Source: Candidatus Eiseniibacteriota bacterium (GTDB lineage: Bacteria > Desulfobacterota > Binatia > UBA9968). Taken from it: a stretch of 55,428 nucleotides of DNA. The stretch lies in contig DATMBL010000011.1 in NCBI GenBank assembly GCA_035559295.1, positions 1 through 55,428 of the forward strand, written 5' to 3'. Both the position numbers and the translations under genes were made by a program. How positions within the stretch are numbered: the first letter of the stretch is position 1; the number at the start of each line of letters is the position of its first letter. This document shows, piece after piece, positions 35,996 to 45,679 of this stretch. The notes under the pieces were generated by a model. It saw only the letters and a list, made by a program, of their open reading frames with translations. It was not told the origin of the DNA and ran no database searches.

Positions 35996-36820
35996 ATGCA
36001 GAATCGGCTCAAGATAGCGCTTGTGATAGCGGTGTTTTTTGGTCTTATTGCGGCTTACGGAATATATAACTTTTTGCGGCAGCAGAAGCAGGCCGCCGAA
36101 GCCCTCAGAACGCAAACGGAGAGCATCGTCGTGGCTGCTCAGGACATCCCAGCGGGCACGGCCATCAACCACGAGGTGATCAAAAAGGGGTTGGTGAAAA
36201 CGGTTAAATGGCCAAAGGAATCCCTCCCGACCGGGGCGTTTACGTCACCTGAACAGATTGTCGGGAAGACGAACCGAGTGAAGATTCTTGCCAACGAGCC
36301 GATTCTCGAGTCCCGGCTGGCCGGCGAAGGGGCCGGCTTAACTGCCAGACTAGAGCCCGGAAAGCGTGCCATGGCGGTGCGAGTCGACGAGATCATCGGA
36401 GTGAGCGGGTTTATCGTCCCCGATGACCGCGTGGATGTGATTGTCACCACCACGCCTCCCGGAAACAACACCAACGACAACAAAGTCTCTAAAATCGTCC
36501 TGCAGAATAAACGCGTGCTTTCAGTCGCGCAGAATGTCGAGCAAAGAGAAGGTAAACCTCAGCTCGCGCGCTCGATTACTCTGGAAGTGACCCCGGAAGA
36601 AGCGGAAAAGCTGTCACTGGCGTCTCAGGATGGAAGCATTGTGCTGGCGCTTCGACCAACCGGTGATGACAGCGAGCCGAAGACTCTTGGCAGCAACAAG
36701 TATGACCTGTTGTCGGTGGCTGCGGTCAAGCGACGGGCAGTGGGCGGTGGTCCGAAGCCCGAAGATAAATTTCAAGTGGAAGTTATACACGGAAGCAGCA
36801 GAAAAGTGGTGGAGTTCTAA
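35996..36820 (+). CDS. cpaB: Flp pilus assembly protein CpaB/RcpC
   Basis: It has an N-terminal TM anchor, a SAF-like segment 'VVAAQDIPAGTAINHEVI' and an RcpC-like C-terminus. It sits in the canonical position. Confidence 0.88.
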   Translation: MQNRLKIALVIAVFFGLIAAYGIYNFLRQQKQAAEALRTQTESIVVAAQDIPAGTAINHEVIKKGLVKTVKWPKESLPTGAFTSPEQIVGKTNRVKILANEPILESRLAGEGAGLTARLEPGKRAMAVRVDEIIGVSGFIVPDDRVDVIVTTTPPGNNTNDNKVSKIVLQNKRVLSVAQNVEQREGKPQLARSITLEVTPEEAEKLSLASQDGSIVLALRPTGDDSEPKTLGSNKYDLLSVAAVKRRAVGGGPKPEDKFQVEVIHGSSRKVVEF

Positions 36821-36837
36821 CGGAAGCGGAGGTGTAA

Positions 36838-38369
36838 TGAAGAACCCGAGTCTCACATCGATGCGTGTCATCTTCGTGGCATACGCGACCATTGCGTACT
36901 TACTGGCTACGCCTGCGGCCGCCCAACAGCCGTCTCCGACCATATCCATCACGGTTAACAAATCGATGGTATTTCGCCTGGCGGACAAAGCGAAGAGAGT
37001 TTCGGTTTCTCAGCCGGAGATCGCCGACGTTATGGTCGTTGCGCCAAACCAGCTTTTGATCAATGGAAAAGCCGTTGGTACGACTTCGCTAATCGTCTTC
37101 AATGAAAAGGGCGATGTCTCGAACTACGATCTTGTGGTGTTGCCCGACGTGAGCGCGCTGAGGAATCAATTGCGAGCTATCTTTCCGGACGAGAAAGTCG
37201 AAATCACTACTTCGGGTCCCTCGATCGTTCTCAAGGGCGAGGTGTCGAACGAGGTCGTGTATGACAAAGTTCTGGAAATCGCTCAAACCTACCTGCCGCC
37301 GAAACCCCCGCAGGCGGTGGCGCCTCCGGCCAGCACGACTAACATCAGCGTCGGCAGGACCACGACACGTTTGCCGCCGACCGGCACAGCCTTCGCTGGA
37401 GGCGGGCAGCTGGCTTTTGTTGAAGAAAACTCGATCCACGAAGCGGAACGGTGGGGAGATAAAAGAAGGATCGAGGGTATTATCGATCTCCTGGTCATCC
37501 GCGAGGTGCGTCAAATCGAACTGGATGTTGTGGTTGCCGAAGTGGCGCTGAGCAAACTGCGTGAGATCGGTTTCGACTTCCTTCTGCAGGCAGGAAACGT
37601 TTCGTCTTCTACGTTGCTCGGCGATCAATCCGGATTTCCGACGCCGCTTATTGCTCCGGGGTCGCAGTTCTCACCGGGGGGGCCGTTGACGGTCGGAGCG
37701 GCGACTTCGGGCATTTTTCGTTACATTAACGGGTCTACTGCTTTCACGGCATTGTATCGGATGCTCCAGAATAAAGATGTGACGGAGATTCTCGCTCAGC
37801 CCAGACTCGTCATGAAGAACGGTCGCTCTGGCGGTTTTTTGGCCGGTGGTGAATTTCCAGTCGTGACGAGCACCGAGGAGCGTTTTGAGGTCGAGTTTAA
37901 ACCGTTCGGCGTGAGGTTAGATTTTGTGCCCACTCTGACCTTATCGGATCGCATCGACCTGCGGGTTTTTCCAGAGGTGAGCGAGATCGATCAGAGCGTT
38001 TCGGTCCAGGGGGTTCCGGGCCTGAGGGTTCGTAGAACCGTTAACCGTATTGAACTCAGGGAAGGCGAGAGTCTGGTCATTGCCGGGTTACTCGATCGCC
38101 GCATCCTCAAGGATTTGACGAAGTTCCCGCTTCTGGGAGATATCCCAATTTTGGGAGCGTTGTTCAGGAGCACGCGCTTCCGCAACCAGGAATCCGAACT
38201 CGTGTTCGTCATTACGCCGAGAATCGTCAAAGCAATGCGGCCCGGAGAGAAGCCAGCGCTGCCGGGTTTGGAAAAGTTCGACGATCCGGATATCAGGCAA
38301 ATCCCGCTGCCGGGTGGGTCCGACAACGTTTCCAGAGGTTCCTCGGGGACGGGAGCGACGATCCCGTGA
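36838..38369 (+). CDS. cpaC: Tad secretin CpaC/RcpA
   Basis: It has a signal peptide, a pilus N-domain 'ISITVNKSMVFRL...GTTSLIVF', and a secretin core 'ILAQPRLVMKNGRSGGFLAGGEFPV' and 'FPLLGDIPILGALFRS'. The ATG is at 36838. The track ORF start at 36630 overlaps cpaB. Confidence 0.9.
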
Positions 38370-38420
38370 GCTGACAGGAGGGAGATGGAGTATTGAACGC
38401 CTCAATCGCACCGGGCCCGC

Positions 38421-39641
38421 ATGAAGCTACCGATCTTTCTAATAGGTGAAGACAGCCTGGCGCTTGCCTCATTGAGGCAACAGCTGGAAAGGGATCCGGC
38501 GTTCTTCATTGAACCCCGGGTTTATAATTACGCCGACGCCTTCGAGCACCTGCGCAATGCCTCGGGGCCCGTGCTTGCGGTGATCGATTTGAATCGCGAC
38601 CCGGAGCGAGCTTTTACGATCGCTGAAGAGGTGAAATTCAAACTCCCGAACGTTCACGTGATCATTACGTCACCGGATGCCAATCCGCAGACGATCCTAA
38701 AAGCGATGCGCTCCGGAGCCGAGGAGTTCTTGTCTCAGCCTTTCAATTGGCCCGAAGTGCTGAAGTCCTTCGAGACAATCCGAAGGAAGATCGATGTGCA
38801 CTCGACGCGCAGCATCGAGAAAGGCAGGATTATCGCGGTTTCTTCCAACAAAGGCGGGGTGGGGTCCACCACGGTCGCAACCAATCTCGCGGCCAGCCTG
38901 GTGACGAAAAGGAAATCTGTTTGTCTCGTCGATCTGGTGCTGCAGTTCGGGTCGGTGACCAGTTTCTTAAATCTGGATGCGAGCTACACGATTCTCGACT
39001 TGGCGAAAAACATCAAGCGAATTGACCCGCTCCTTCTCGACGGGTCTCTGGTCAAGCACGCGTCCGGCGTAAGAGTTCTCGCCGAACCTTTCTATGCCGA
39101 AGACGCTCGGAGAATTTCACCCGCCGATATCGATGAAATCCTCGACACGCTGGCACAATCATTCGAATTCGTCGTGGTCGATACGCCGAAAGATTTCGAC
39201 GAGATGCTGGCGCTGGTGCTCGACAAAGCGAGCCTCATTTTGTTCGTCACGGAAATGGACGTGCCGTCGCTAAAAAGCGCGCACCGCGCATTCGAGCTGT
39301 TCGAACGCATGGGAATTTACGACAAAAAAATACGGTTAGTTCTGAATCGCTACGTCAAGAGCAAACTCATGAGCCTCGAGTCGGTGGAAAAGGCCCTGGG
39401 TGTGAGGGTCTTTTGGACCTTGCCCAACAACTACCCGGTCGCGATCGCGGCAGTTAACCAGGGGGTGTCAATTCACGAGTGCGATCAAAAGTCCGATCTG
39501 GCGAAATCCTATATGGGTCTAACGGATTCAATCTTGGAGTCGTTTGTGTTCGCAGGCTCGACGATTCGGCGAGACGAAGAAGAGGACAACAAAGCGGGAT
39601 TGCTGGCGCGATGGATGCCGGTTCGCGGACTTCTGAAATAA
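38421..39641 (+). CDS. cpaE: CpaE/TadZ (pseudo-receiver plus MinD/ParA-type ATPase-like domain)
   Basis: It has a REC-like N-domain and the deviant Walker A 'SSNKGGVGSTTVATNLA'. Confidence 0.88.
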   Translation: MKLPIFLIGEDSLALASLRQQLERDPAFFIEPRVYNYADAFEHLRNASGPVLAVIDLNRDPERAFTIAEEVKFKLPNVHVIITSPDANPQTILKAMRSGAEEFLSQPFNWPEVLKSFETIRRKIDVHSTRSIEKGRIIAVSSNKGGVGSTTVATNLAASLVTKRKSVCLVDLVLQFGSVTSFLNLDASYTILDLAKNIKRIDPLLLDGSLVKHASGVRVLAEPFYAEDARRISPADIDEILDTLAQSFEFVVVDTPKDFDEMLALVLDKASLILFVTEMDVPSLKSAHRAFELFERMGIYDKKIRLVLNRYVKSKLMSLESVEKALGVRVFWTLPNNYPVAIAAVNQGVSIHECDQKSDLAKSYMGLTDSILESFVFAGSTIRRDEEEDNKAGLLARWMPVRGLLK

Positions 39642-39651
39642 GGATGCCTAG

Positions 39652-41043
39652 ATGAAAAACCCTTCCTTTGAAGCCGACAAAGACAGGCGCGAGATGGAAC
39701 GAAGCGGCTTCGATAACTCGCGCGGCCCCCTGCGTACCATGAGTGCGGCGAATCCGGACGGTATTCTGCAGGACCTGAGACTTCGGATCCACCGTCGCTT
39801 GATCGACACGCTCGACCTGACGAAAGTGTCGAGTCTGGAAATTGAGCGGGTCAAGATGGAGATCCGCCGGATCCTCGAAGACATGGTGATGGCGGAAGCG
39901 ATTCCGTTAAGCCGCGCGGATCGCGACCGGCTCGTCATGGATGTCCAACACGAGGTCTTCGGTCTGGGTCCGCTGGAAACTTTGATGAAGGACCCGGAGA
40001 TATCGGATATCCTCGTGAACTCGTACGACAGGGTTTATGTCGAGCGATACGGGAAGCTCGAAAAAACCGACGTTCGATTTCGTGACGATGCCCACCTGCT
40101 GCAGATCATCGAGCGGATCGTCACCCGCGTCGGCCGGCGAGTTGACGAGAGTTCGCCAATGGTGGATGCCCGCCTGGCCGACGGCTCGCGCGTGAACGCG
40201 ATCATACCGCCTCTGGCGTTGGATGGACCGGTACTGTCCATCCGGCGGTTCGGCGCCGAGCGTCTGACGATCAACGATTTGATTCAGTTCAACTCGGTCC
40301 CGGCGCCAATCGCGGAGGTGGCGGCCGCGTGCGTCAAATCACGCCTGAACATCCTCGTATCCGGAGGGACCGGAGCCGGTAAAACGACCTTGCTCAATTG
40401 TTTGTCCAATTTCATTCCGGAAAACGAGCGTATTGTCACAATCGAGGATTCGGCGGAGCTGCGGCTGCAGCAGGAGCATGTCGTCCGGCTCGAGACGCGG
40501 CCGCCGAACATCGAGGGTTCGGGCATGGTGACGCAGCGTGACCTGGTGCGCAACGCTCTACGAATGCGGCCGGATCGAATCGTGGTCGGCGAGGTTCGAG
40601 GCGGTGAGGCCCTCGATATGATGCAGGCCATGAATACCGGCCATGACGGCTCCATCAGCACGATCCACGCGAACTCGGCGCGGGACGCGCTTTCGCGCTT
40701 GGAAACCATGATGCTAATGGCCGGGATTCAACTCCCGGAACGAGCCCTACGGGAACAGATCGCCTCGGCTTTGGACTTGATCATCCAGCTCTCAAGACTG
40801 AGCGATGGCAGCCGAAAACTAGTTGAATTTACCGAAGTGACGGGCATGGAAGGCAGCACCATCACGACACAAACGATTTTTAAGTTCGAGCAGCGCGGCG
40901 TCGAAAACGGCAAAGTGATCGGCGATTTTGTGGCAACTGGGGTGATGCCGTCGTTCATGGATCGACTCGAACGCCATGGATTCCGCATTCCGAATACCTA
41001 CTTCCTGCCGTTGGCGGTGAGCTCAAAAAAGAGGGCGCCATGA
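39652..41043 (+). CDS. cpaF: Tad pilus ATPase CpaF/TadA
   Basis: Walker A '[14 protein letters not shown]', '[10 protein letters not shown]', '[15 protein letters not shown]' and '[13 protein letters not shown]'. Confidence 0.95.
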   Translation: MKNPSFEADKDRREMERSGFDNSRGPLRTMSAANPDGILQDLRLRIHRRLIDTLDLTKVSSLEIERVKMEIRRILEDMVMAEAIPLSRADRDRLVMDVQHEVFGLGPLETLMKDPEISDILVNSYDRVYVERYGKLEKTDVRFRDDAHLLQIIERIVTRVGRRVDESSPMVDARLADGSRVNAIIPPLALDGPVLSIRRFGAERLTINDLIQFNSVPAPIAEVAAACVKSRLNILVSGGTGAGKTTLLNCLSNFIPENERIVTIEDSAELRLQQEHVVRLETRPPNIEGSGMVTQRDLVRNALRMRPDRIVVGEVRGGEALDMMQAMNTGHDGSISTIHANSARDALSRLETMMLMAGIQLPERALREQIASALDLIIQLSRLSDGSRKLVEFTEVTGMEGSTITTQTIFKFEQRGVENGKVIGDFVATGVMPSFMDRLERHGFRIPNTYFLPLAVSSKKRAP

Positions 41044-42014
41044 GCCTCCTTTTAATCAGTGTATTCTCTTTTCTGGCGGCGGCATCGTTGATCGTCATCA
41101 TTGTCATGTTACCGATGGCCGTCCAAGATTCGCCGCAGGCGCGAATTCGGCGCCGACTAACGACGATTGGGCGTATGAGTTTCGCCTCCCGCTCGGATAT
41201 TCAAAATCTCCTAAAGAGTTCGGTTTACAGCGATGTCCCGCTAATTCATGCGTTGTTGTCGCGTGTCCAGTTGGCTCGCCGGGTCGATTTGCTTCTTGAA
41301 CGGGCGAACGTGGACATGTCGGTTGGAACTTTTCTCTTGTGCTCGGGAGGGGCGGGTGCGCTTGTCGCGTTTCTTATGCTCGTGATCGGACAACCCGGCT
41401 GGATCGCCGCGGTTATCGGCGTAGTTGCGGCAGTATGCCCTTACTTTTATTTGCAGTACGTCGTGTGGAAGCGGTTGCGACGGTTCCTGGAACAGATGCC
41501 GGACGGCCTCGACATGATCAGCCAGAGCCTGCAGGCAGGACTGGGATTGACTCAGGCGATGGTCTTCGTCTCCAAGGAAATGCCGGATCCGATGGGAACG
41601 GAATTCTCGGTCTTTATCGAAGAGGTCAATCTCGGATTGCCTTTGGCGGATGCCCTGAAGAAGTTTGAAGAACGGATTGCGCTTCCCGAAGTGCGTTTGT
41701 TCAACACGGCGCTTTTAGTTCAAAGGGAGGTAGGTGGTAGTCTGGCGGAGCTGCTGAACAAGTTAGCGGACATCATTCGGGATCGTTTCCGTATCGAGCG
41801 GCTGATCAAGAGCCTCACGGGTCAGAACCGAATGAGCGCGTGGGTCGTTTGTTCCGTCCCGCCGTTTCTCGCAGTTTTTATGTTCATGCGCGAACGAGAA
41901 ATGATGGATATGATGATGAGCGATCCCGCCGGGCGAGGGCTGCTCGCGGCGGCGCTCGTCTTGGAGATCATAGGTATAGTGGTGTTTCGTAAGCTGATCA
42001 AAATCCATATCTGA
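41040..42014 (+). CDS. tadB: Tad platform protein TadB
   Basis: It is a T2SF-like polytopic protein. Its start overlaps the cpaF stop by 4 nt. Confidence 0.88.
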   Translation: MSLLLISVFSFLAAASLIVIIVMLPMAVQDSPQARIRRRLTTIGRMSFASRSDIQNLLKSSVYSDVPLIHALLSRVQLARRVDLLLERANVDMSVGTFLLCSGGAGALVAFLMLVIGQPGWIAAVIGVVAAVCPYFYLQYVVWKRLRRFLEQMPDGLDMISQSLQAGLGLTQAMVFVSKEMPDPMGTEFSVFIEEVNLGLPLADALKKFEERIALPEVRLFNTALLVQREVGGSLAELLNKLADIIRDRFRIERLIKSLTGQNRMSAWVVCSVPPFLAVFMFMREREMMDMMMSDPAGRGLLAAALVLEIIGIVVFRKLIKIHI

Positions 42015-42021
42015 GCGGTTT

Positions 42022-42954
42022 ATGGAAATCGTCATCGCGTTCGGCGTCTTTTGCCTCGTATTTGGGATTCTCTATTTTACCCTGGTCTCCAGAACTCCCG
42101 TATCCGAGGAAGCGATCCAACGAAGATTAGAAACGATTGCGGCACAACCCAAAACCACGAGGCGCATACGGCTCCATTCGTCCGACGAGACAAGCTTTTG
42201 GGAACGTATCGCGGAGTTCTTCATCGGCGAAAAAGAGTTGATGCCGGCGTCTTTCTCTCATGTGGGCCGGATGCTGCATCAAGCCGGGTACCGAGGTGAG
42301 AGATCGATCCGGGTGTTTTGGGGCCTTAGAATTTTCCTCTGTCTCGCCTTGGGATTCGGCGGCTTGCTGGTGTCGTTCGTGTCAAAGGCCAGCCTTCAGG
42401 ATGTCCTCATGCTCGGGGGCGTCGGCGGACTTTTCGGGTACTACTTTCCGTACCTTGTGGTTCGCCGAAAGGCCCAAGCACGAACGCTGGAGATGCGCGA
42501 AACCCTGCCGGACACGCTGGATTTGATTGTCGTTTGCGTCGAGGCCGGTATGGGTGTGGACGCGGCTCTTAACCGCGTCGCCACAGAACAAACGCAGCAG
42601 GGACTTGCGATAGGAGAAGAGCTGCTGCTCACGACCAAGGAGATGCAGGCCGGGGCCGTCCGCAAAGAGGCTTTGATGCGACTGGCCGACAGGGTTGGGA
42701 TCGAGGAATTACGGGGTCTGATTACGTTTCTCACGCAGACCGAAGAACTTGGCGGAAGCATTGCGCGCTCGCTGCGCGTTTATGCGGCCACGATGCGCGA
42801 TAAGCGGAGCCAGGCGGCCGAAGAAGCGGCGCGTAAGGTGGTTATCAAGCTGATCTTCCCGCTCGTTTTCTTTATCCTGCCAGCGATTTTCATCCTTATC
42901 CTGGGACCGGCCGGCCTCAGTATCATGAGAGCCCTTTCCAATCCGTTGAACTAG
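42022..42954 (+). CDS. tadC: Tad platform protein TadC
   Basis: It is a T2SF-like polytopic protein paralogous to TadB ('LPDTLDLIVVCVEAGMG'). Confidence 0.88.
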   Translation: MEIVIAFGVFCLVFGILYFTLVSRTPVSEEAIQRRLETIAAQPKTTRRIRLHSSDETSFWERIAEFFIGEKELMPASFSHVGRMLHQAGYRGERSIRVFWGLRIFLCLALGFGGLLVSFVSKASLQDVLMLGGVGGLFGYYFPYLVVRRKAQARTLEMRETLPDTLDLIVVCVEAGMGVDAALNRVATEQTQQGLAIGEELLLTTKEMQAGAVRKEALMRLADRVGIEELRGLITFLTQTEELGGSIARSLRVYAATMRDKRSQAAEEAARKVVIKLIFPLVFFILPAIFILILGPAGLSIMRALSNPLN

Positions 42955-42962
42955 GATCCGGC

Positions 42963-43361
42963 ATGCCGGTCATTAACCTCACCAAGAAAACCTGGTTGGC
43001 GACTAAAGTGCGGAAGGCGGACAGTTTTCTGACGCGGCTCATAGGGTTGCTTAAACGGACGCAACTCGGTCCGGAAGAGGCTCTTTGGCTTACGCCGAGC
43101 AAAGGGATCCACACGATCGGCATGAAGTTTCCTATCGACGTGGTGTTTCTGGACAAGAACAATATCGCTGTGGCCACCGTGTCCGATCTTGCTCCGAACC
43201 GCGTAACGGGCCTGCACTGGAAAGGACAAAGCGTACTGGAACTGCCGAAAGGAACCCTCCACAAATCGCGCACGGAAGTCGGTGACCAGCTCGAGATCTC
43301 GTTTGTCGAATCGCTCGCGGTAGGCGAGTTAAAGGACAACCGGTTAAGTCAACTCGGCTGA
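42963..43361 (+). CDS. DUF192 domain protein
   Basis: 'FLTRLIGLLKRTQLGPEEALWLTPSKGIHTIGMKFPIDVVFLDKNN' matches the DUF192/COG1430 pattern. It starts 8 nt after tadC. Confidence 0.8.
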   Translation: MPVINLTKKTWLATKVRKADSFLTRLIGLLKRTQLGPEEALWLTPSKGIHTIGMKFPIDVVFLDKNNIAVATVSDLAPNRVTGLHWKGQSVLELPKGTLHKSRTEVGDQLEISFVESLAVGELKDNRLSQLG

Positions 43362-43586
43362 GTATATCTTTTTACGCCTTCTGGCCGCTCTTTCGAAACG
43401 ATCATTGAGTTCAAGCCAAGTCAATCGCCTTGGCCGCAGGATCTGACCTATGTGCGATCGGTCTCCGGGTAAGCTGTGGCTTGGCTTTCACAAGCGAGAG
43501 GCATAGTCTAAGGACAACCAAGCGGCTGTAAATACCGTAAGTCGTGGCGTCGGGTTCGTTGATCTGTCAACGAATGCATAGCGCGT

Positions 43587-44516
43587 TTGCGGTGTGCTTT
43601 TGCCATGTTCGCTATGTCGCATCCGTTTCTCGCAACACTTGTCGAGGCGCAAAACCCCGACGGCGGTTGGGGCGCGGTAAGGGGGAGGCGGAGCAATACC
43701 GAGGCGACCGCGCTGGCGGTGATGGCGCTTAAAGCTGCAGGCGATCCAGAGAGCGCTTCAAACTTGCGACTAGGGCTGGATTGGTTGGCCACCCGCCAGA
43801 ATCCTGACGGGAGCTGGCCGGTGATCGACTCAGGAAGCGGTGGATCGTGGATGACTGCCCTCGCCATACTCGCGCTCTCGCAGTTCTCCGGTTTCGAGCG
43901 GCAGGCCATGAGCGGCGGCCAGTGGGCGCTAGAACACGAAGGCAGAAGGTACAGCCGGTTGCTGAAGCTCTGGATCACCATAACCGGGCAGAAAAAGAAT
44001 CTGCATCTGAATCCCGATTTGAAAGGTTGGGCCTGGAGCGACGGCGCTTTCAGTTGGGTGGAGCCAACGAGTTACTTCGTGTTGGCGCTAAAAAAAATCC
44101 GTCCGCATCTCGAAGGCACCAGGGTTGCAGAGCGCATTCGGCAAGGAGAGCTGCTGATTTACGATCGCATGTGTAGCGGCGGCGGCTGGAATTATGGCAA
44201 TGCCAGAGTGCTGGGAGAGGCGCTCTGGCCCTATCCAGACGTCACGGCGATCGCCCTGATCGCGCTTCAGGACCATCGAGACAGCGAAGCTAATCAACTC
44301 AGCGCTCGAGCCTTACAGGGGATGTTGGAGAGGGTCGATTCCGGTTTGGCTTTGAGTCTCGGAACGCTCTCCCTCGCGCTTTACGGCCAGGATGTGACGA
44401 AGCTCAGAGCGCGCTTGGCCGCCGCCTTCCAGCGGACCAGGTTTCTCGGCGAAACCAAAACATTCGCGTTATCGTTGCTGGCGATGCACGATGGCGAAAG
44501 ATTGCTACGGGTGTGA
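43587..44516 (+). CDS. Prenyltransferase / squalene-cyclase-repeat (alpha/alpha-toroid) protein
   Basis: It has repeated 'QNPDGGWG', 'RQNPDGSWP' and 'GGGWNYGN' motifs. No signal peptide is evident. The start is uncertain (TTG 43587, ATG 43605 or 43614). Confidence 0.65.
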   Translation: MRCAFAMFAMSHPFLATLVEAQNPDGGWGAVRGRRSNTEATALAVMALKAAGDPESASNLRLGLDWLATRQNPDGSWPVIDSGSGGSWMTALAILALSQFSGFERQAMSGGQWALEHEGRRYSRLLKLWITITGQKKNLHLNPDLKGWAWSDGAFSWVEPTSYFVLALKKIRPHLEGTRVAERIRQGELLIYDRMCSGGGWNYGNARVLGEALWPYPDVTAIALIALQDHRDSEANQLSARALQGMLERVDSGLALSLGTLSLALYGQDVTKLRARLAAAFQRTRFLGETKTFALSLLAMHDGERLLRV

Positions 44517-44519
44517 TCG

Positions 44520-45506
44520 GTGCTGACTCGAAGAGACTTTCTTCGCTCCTCCGCCGCTTTGTCCCTGGCGCCGTTGTCGGGCAGCTGCGCCGGTTCGCCG
44601 CGTTGGACTCGAGAGGCGTACCGCAAACCCCGCTCATCCCGAGTGGCGATCTTGCGCGCTAACGCTTACGATGACAGACTCGTGGACCTGTTGCTTCAAG
44701 GCCTCCGCTTGTTCAATTTCGAGTTAAACGGGAAAACGATCGTCTTAAAGCCCAACCTCGTCGAGTTCGATCCCACCGGCGTTATCAACACTCACTCCCG
44801 CCTCATTGCCGCCGCGATCGAGGCTTTCCGGATCGCAGGCGCGCGCGAAGTGCTGGTGGCCGAAGGCCCCGGCCATCATCGAGACAACGAGCACCTGTTA
44901 CTCGCTTCGGGCTTGTATTCGGTTCTGCGCGACCAGCGGACGCGCTATATCGATCTCAACTACGATGATCTTCGCTTGGTTCGCCTGCGAAGCGCGTTCA
45001 CGAACTTTCGGCAGCTCTATCTGCCGGAGACGTTGCACCGAGCCGACCTCCTGGTCTCGATGCCGAAGCTCAAAACGCATCACTGGGCCGGTGTGACGTT
45101 GTCGCTAAAAAATATGTTCGGGATCGTTCCGGGCTCGGTGTACGGGTGGCCGAAAAACCCGCTACACTGGGCGGGTATCCACAATAGCATACTCGACATT
45201 AACAGCAGCCTGCCGCTCCCTCAGTTTGCCATCATCGACGGAATCGTCGGCATGGAAGGGAATGGACCATTGCAAGGAGAGGCAAAACCGGCCGGTGTTC
45301 TGGTGCTGGGCAATGACCTCGTGGCAGCGGACGCCACTGCGGCTCGGCTCATGTCGATCGACCCCGGGAGGGTTGAGTATCTCAGGGGAGCCGACGAGTT
45401 CCTGGGAAATATCCAGTATGAAAGAATCGAGCAGATCGGCGAGCAACTCGACCGGTTACGGCAGGATTTTCGCGTGATCGAAAGCTTTCGCTACCTGAAA
45501 GTCTGA
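44520..45506 (+). CDS. DUF362 domain protein with twin-arginine signal
   Basis: It has the Tat motif 'LTRRDFLRSSAAL' and a DUF362-like 'IVLKPNLV...GPGHH...MPKLKTH'. A GTG start lies 3 nt after the previous stop. Confidence 0.7.
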   Translation: MLTRRDFLRSSAALSLAPLSGSCAGSPRWTREAYRKPRSSRVAILRANAYDDRLVDLLLQGLRLFNFELNGKTIVLKPNLVEFDPTGVINTHSRLIAAAIEAFRIAGAREVLVAEGPGHHRDNEHLLLASGLYSVLRDQRTRYIDLNYDDLRLVRLRSAFTNFRQLYLPETLHRADLLVSMPKLKTHHWAGVTLSLKNMFGIVPGSVYGWPKNPLHWAGIHNSILDINSSLPLPQFAIIDGIVGMEGNGPLQGEAKPAGVLVLGNDLVAADATAARLMSIDPGRVEYLRGADEFLGNIQYERIEQIGEQLDRLRQDFRVIESFRYLKV

Positions 45507-45528
45507 TTCGTCCCCGACGCCGCAACCA

Positions 45529-45630
45529 AAAAGATAGGATATCTCGCGCAAAGCCCGCAAAGATCGCCAAGTTTTCGGAGAAAAGAATTATACTCCTTGG
45601 CGCTCTTGGCGCGAGAAAGTCCTATCTTTT
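45529..45630. repeat. Roughly 100-nt palindromic intergenic element between convergent genes
   Basis: The terminal inverted repeats are AAAAGATAGGAtaTCTCGCGC and GCGCGAGAaagTCCTATCTTTT. The inner arms, 'gcaaagatcgccaag' and 'cttggcgctcttggc', are partially complementary. Confidence 0.55.
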
Positions 45631-45679
45631 CACTTCTCAGTCCTCGATCGTCGGGTTTCGTTTCGCGGTCAACGTTCCT

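Noticed and set aside
35345-36172. A 275-aa minus-strand ORF across cpaA and the start of cpaB.
   Set aside because: It is antisense to two well-supported Tad genes and I recognised no motifs in it.
36630-36837. An upstream extension of cpaC overlapping cpaB.
   Set aside because: The signal peptide and a sensible start ('MKNPSLTSMRVIF...') begin at 36838, just after the cpaB stop.
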